Of a stretch of DNA of 1,893 nt, positions 1 through 1,893 are shown piece by piece (within the stretch, counting starts at the first letter, position 1; every line of letters begins with the position of its first letter). Under the pieces are notes generated by a model. That model made no database searches. It had not been told where the DNA came from and saw only the letters and a list, made by a program, of their open reading frames with translations. This DNA comes from Naegleria gruberi (Eukaryota), in assembly GCA_000004985.1 (NCBI GenBank), contig GG739311.1. One strand, given 5' to 3'. The translations under genes and the position numbers were made by a program.

Positions 1-343
1 GAATGGAAACCCTCCAAGTGGAAGAATTTCTCAAAATCCAAACCTTTCAAACTATTATATGCATGCTCTGCATTCTTTTGCTGTTGCTTCTTTTGTTGCA
101 GTGAAAAAACGAGAAGGGTGGGAAAATTCACATTGTGGGTCAGAATTGTCAGTGCTGGCTTATTGTTCTCCTATTTTGCTATATTTGGAGGGTTGTATTT
201 TACTCAAATGGATTGGACATGTAGGTGGTGTTACTTTATTAATCCTGATTGGGACACTCTTTATGAAATATTTGAGGTTGTCAGGGAAAAGATTCAGCAA
301 TAAATTATTTGTACTATATGTTAATTTCTTATTCCATTCATAA
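1..343 (+). CDS. Possible 3' terminal portion of a plus-strand protein-coding gene entering from the left edge (frame ambiguous)
   Basis: Two overlapping plus-strand frames both run stop-free from the window edge. Frame 1 (positions 1,4,...) stops at TAA 301-303 and frame 2 (2,5,...) stops at TAA 341-343. Two frames open for 100+ codons in AT-rich DNA is unlikely by chance. The track's 'M' at 118 is GTG, not a real start. Both translations are hydrophobic and membrane-like; frame 1 is ...FTLWVRIVSAGLLFSYFAIFGGLYF...EVVREKIQQ*. A pyrimidine tract ending in CAG at 85-101 (ttcttttgctgttgcttcttttgttgcag) looks like a 3' splice acceptor, so only ~102-303 (or -343) may be exonic. An AATAAA hexamer at 299-304 overlaps the frame-1 stop, which mildly favours frame 1. 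Confidence 0.35.
   Translation, partial: NGNPPSGRISQNPNLSNYYMHALHSFAVASFVAVKKREGWENSHCGSELSVLAYCSPILLYLEGCILLKWIGHVGGVTLLILIGTLFMKYLRLSGKRFSNKLFVLYVNFLFHS
299..304 (+). terminator. AATAAA hexamer (candidate poly(A) signal) overlapping the frame-1 stop codon
   Basis: The sequence caATAAAtt at 298-306 has its TAA at 301-303. AATAAA is common by chance in AT-rich DNA, so this is weak on its own. Confidence 0.3.
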
Positions 344-612
344 TTTCTTGAATGAGAATGTTTCAAATTCATACGACTTGCAATTTTGGAACAATTTTAC
401 AAGGGAAGTTTATTGTCTGTAGTCTGGAAGGGCATTGATAAAGACAAGCTCAGCATTTATTTCCATTCTTCACTTCCCTCAGAATTAAACATTCACCAAT
501 ATCTAACTAAATAGAGATAGGTTTTACGTTCTGATATTGTTTGGGAGTTGGTCAAACCAAAATAATTTTAAATTTGAACACGAAAGTAACGGAAATTTTG
601 TGATTAGATAAA

Positions 613-664
613 TTTATTGTAAAATTTGGAGTGAGTAATTCAACTCACTAAAGTTTATTGTAAA
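613..664. repeat. Small hairpin (7-bp stem agtgagt/actcact, 630-649) flanked by 11-bp direct repeats tttattgtaaa (613-623, 654-664)
   Basis: The direct repeats and inverted repeat were verified base by base. The unit could be a ~41-bp local duplication or the footprint of a tiny element. Confidence 0.7.
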
Positions 665-733
665 CAATACACCAAGAAATAGGAAAATTTGTCTAAAAAA
701 TTTTCAACATTGAGCAAGCTTAATACTTTGATT

Positions 734-749
734 CCCCACCACCCACCCC
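734..749 (+). repeat. C-rich (C1-4A)n tract ccccaccacccacccc; the complement ggggtgggtggtgggg is G-quadruplex-capable
   Basis: This is seen directly in the sequence. The complementary strand has four G-runs (4,3,2,4) separated by single T/TG. It stands out in a ~67% AT context. It sits immediately upstream of a GTGAGT motif at 758-763. Confidence 0.8.
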
Positions 750-840
750 AACACTCGGTGAGTATATTAATTCTTTTGATACGTCTTTATTGTTATTTTA
801 TTAGTGGTGTGTTATCAAGGACTTTGTGGTGCTTAAAAAT

Positions 841-895
841 CTGCGCTCAATAGGCCAACATAGAACTGGGTTCTAGGGTTGGTGAGGGGATTTTT
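841..895 (+). repeat. Copy 1 of a perfectly duplicated 55-nt element (hairpin + G-run + T5)
   Basis: The sequence ctgcgctcaataggccaacatagaactgggttctagggttggtgaggggattttt at 841-895 recurs identically at 937-991. Internally, ccaac(855-859)-a-tagaac(861-866)-tgg-gttcta(870-875)-gg-gttgg(878-882) forms an 11-bp interrupted hairpin. This is followed by tgagggga and ttttt (891-895). Weaker similarity extends ~14 nt upstream (tgcttaaaaat vs tgcttgataaagat). Confidence 0.9.
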
Positions 896-936
896 AGGTG
901 TTATAGAGGTGATCAAATTTGATGCTTGATAAAGAT

Positions 937-992
937 CTGCGCTCAATAGGCCAACATAGAACTGGGTTCTAGGGTTGGTGAGGGGATTTTTT
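937..992 (+). repeat. Copy 2 of the 55-nt element (period 96 bp), with T6 run
   Basis: Positions 937-991 are identical to 841-895 (55/55), offset exactly 96 bp. The hairpin sits at 951-978 and the T-run at 987-992. The flanks outside the core are only ~50-60% similar, so the core is held perfectly conserved while the spacer has diverged. Confidence 0.9.
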
Positions 993-1046
993 GGAGTGTC
1001 AAAGACTCTGTGGGTGTTTGAATAATGGTTGTAGTATTGGACGAGG

Positions 1047-1078
1047 TAATTGTAATGTAATTGATTCTATTACAATTA
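1047..1078. repeat. Inverted repeat / hairpin: 10-bp perfect stem (taattgtaat / attacaatta) with 12-nt loop
   Basis: Positions 1047-1056 are the exact reverse complement of 1069-1078. The loop gtaattgattct partly repeats the stem motif gtaattg. It lies 12 bp upstream of the 20-bp palindrome. Confidence 0.85.
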
Positions 1079-1089
1079 GGCAAGATTTT

Positions 1090-1109
1090 CTTGAAAATTA
1101 ATTTTCAAG
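1090..1109. repeat. 20-bp perfect palindrome CTTGAAAATTAATTTTCAAG
   Basis: Positions 1090-1109 equal their own reverse complement (checked base by base). The site lies ~100 nt downstream of the minus-strand gene's stop, in the convergent intergenic region. It contains a TTCnnGAA core. Confidence 0.85.
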
Positions 1110-1208
1110 TTTTTCATCTTGTCAACCATTATTCGGTTTGCTAGTATTTCAAGGGTAATAGATTAGTAGAAATTGGTTTTGTGGTTGTTCAGTGTTGAAA
1201 ATAATCTA

Positions 1209-1893
1209 TTACGTGCGTGTAGTAGAATAAAGCTCATAATTTCCGAATTTATTGGTGTATTGTTGGATAAATACAAAATTGATTAAAATCATAATAATGA
1301 AAATCAATCCAAAAGAAATTTGATGTTGATTTGCTTCGTCTGGTACAATTGGACTTGCATCAACCGAATAAGCATCCAAATCAACCCCTGCCATGTCTCC
1401 TTTAGTTGGAATTCCAGCAGCAATCCATGATTTTCTCAAACAAGAATAATGTCTTGAGAAGGCATATCTACATCTAGTAAATAATGAACTATCTTCGTCT
1501 ACATATTGAAGAAAACCCAATCCTCCATAAAAATCACTTCCTAATAATCCTTGATTGTATAGGCAGGTTGTTACATCAATCATTGCTCCTAAACAACTGT
1601 CTACACATTTTCCTGGACTATTTGATGAACTCTTACCTCCACATGCACAATAATTATTATAATTACTGTTTTGACAGTAAGCGGATCCAGAACATGGTAT
1701 ACTTGGTCTTTCTGCACATTTACCAGCAGCAGAGCAGTAGCCAGAATAACATTCGTCATTTGCCTTACAAATTCCATTGATTTCTATTCCGTACCATCTT
1801 GTACATTTGTTATTGTAACACCTGACTAGAGCTGATGAACTGTGAGCACAATCAGAATTCAAAACACAAATCTCTCCATAACTAGCGCTCCTT
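1209..1893 (-). CDS. 5'-truncated CDS for a cysteine-rich, single-pass (type I-like) membrane protein of unknown family
   Basis: The minus-strand frame is open for 227 sense codons, from the right window edge (codon at 1890-1892) to a TAA stop at 1209-1211. Random stops in DNA this AT-rich would fall every ~15 codons. The track's 'M' at 1860-1862 is TTG, and the frame upstream of it is still open (...RSASYGEICV-LNSDC...), so the true start lies beyond 1893. No in-frame ATG occurs until 1581-1583. Third codon positions are ~80% A/T and codon choice is consistent (AGA, TGT, GGA, TTA/TTG, AAT). The product has 17 Cys, 15 of them in the first ~110 visible residues, with repeating C-x5-C-x4-9-C-x4-5-(K)C spacing (encoded ~1563-1868). 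A Gly/Asp-rich middle follows. An 18-aa hydrophobic segment ISFGLIFIIMILINFVFI is encoded ~1266-1319, followed by an 18-aa polar tail QQYTNKFGNYELYSTTRT. No signal peptide is visible, as expected if the N-terminus is off-window. Confidence 0.75.
   Translation of the reverse strand, partial: RSASYGEICVLNSDCAHSSSALVRCYNNKCTRWYGIEINGICKANDECYSGYCSAAGKCAERPSIPCSGSAYCQNSNYNNYCACGGKSSSNSPGKCVDSCLGAMIDVTTCLYNQGLLGSDFYGGLGFLQYVDEDSSLFTRCRYAFSRHYSCLRKSWIAAGIPTKGDMAGVDLDAYSVDASPIVPDEANQHQISFGLIFIIMILINFVFIQQYTNKFGNYELYSTTRT

Noticed and set aside
160-372. Minus-strand 70-aa ORF from the six-frame track
   Set aside because: It lies antisense to the two open plus-strand frames. The translation is low-complexity and Lys/Asn-rich with no domain-like features. 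Its length is within chance for a region constrained by coding on the other strand.
734-749. True telomeric repeat array
   Set aside because: It is only 16 nt and occurs once. It is noted as telomere-like but is far too short to call an interstitial telomere.
758-804. Candidate 47-nt intron (GTGAGT...ttattttattAG)
   Set aside because: The donor and acceptor motifs look good, but the flanking 'exons' join into only a ~50-codon frame (683-757 + 805-877) with no ATG start. There is no coding context to support it. It could belong to a non-coding transcript but cannot be called from the sequence.
841-895. tRNA-like or bacterial intrinsic terminator reading of the 55-nt repeat
   Set aside because: The gggttctagggtt segment superficially recalls a T-arm/B-box, but no acceptor, D- or anticodon-stem pairing can be built. 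As a rho-independent terminator, the stem is AU-rich and separated from the T-run by 8 nt, and the genomic context looks eukaryotic.
1088-1095. Heat-shock element (nTTCnnGAAn)
   Set aside because: Only two inverted 5-bp units are present, and the third expected unit is not matched. This is better described simply as part of the 20-bp palindrome.
344-1208. Prokaryotic-style multi-gene system (defence, toxin-antitoxin, mobile element) in the spacer
   Set aside because: No ORF of meaningful length is found on either strand. There are no transposase or integrase-like translations, no CRISPR-like regularly spaced repeats, and no terminal inverted repeats bounding the region.
1484-1780. Plus-strand 98-aa ORF inside the cysteine-rich gene
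   Set aside because: It is an antisense shadow ORF wholly within a much longer and better-supported minus-strand CDS. Its product has Asn/Leu/His-rich junk-like composition.
118-1862. ORF-track 'M' start codons at 118 (+) and 1862 (-)
   Set aside because: The underlying codons are GTG and TTG, and both frames remain open beyond them to the window edges. These are artefacts of a bacterial-style start table, not real initiation sites. No in-frame ATG lies near either.

Overview
This is an AT-rich window, roughly two-thirds A+T by eye, and its organisation looks eukaryotic rather than prokaryotic. Two genes converge on it. A plus-strand open frame (two overlapping frames are both open) enters at the left edge and stops at 301-303 or 341-343. 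A long minus-strand ORF enters at the right edge and stops at 1209-1211. About 0.9 kb between them has no long ORF but is full of repeats and hairpins.

The minus-strand ORF is clearly coding. It is open to the window edge, so its 5' end is missing. The 'M' the ORF track places at 1862 is a TTG codon, not an ATG. Codon bias is AT3-rich (AGA for Arg, TGT for Cys, GGA for Gly, TTA/TTG for Leu). The product is a cysteine-rich protein with type I membrane topology and does not match any family I recognise. The visible ectodomain has about 15 Cys arranged as three degenerate C-x5-C-x4-9-C-x4-5-C repeats, each ending in K-C. An 18-residue hydrophobic helix follows near the C-terminus, then an 18-aa tail.

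The intergenic region contains:
- a 55-nt element repeated twice with 100% identity, 96 bp apart, each copy carrying an interrupted hairpin, a G-run and a T5-6 run;
- a 20-bp perfect palindrome and a 10-bp-stem hairpin in the 3' flank of the minus-strand gene;
- a C-rich (C1-4A)n tract whose complement is G-quadruplex-capable;
- a small hairpin flanked by 11-bp direct repeats.

I see no tRNA, rRNA, CRISPR array, transposase or multi-gene prokaryotic-style system. The most likely novel item is the perfectly conserved tandem element, a candidate small RNA or regulatory unit. Nothing here justifies calling it a system on sequence alone.
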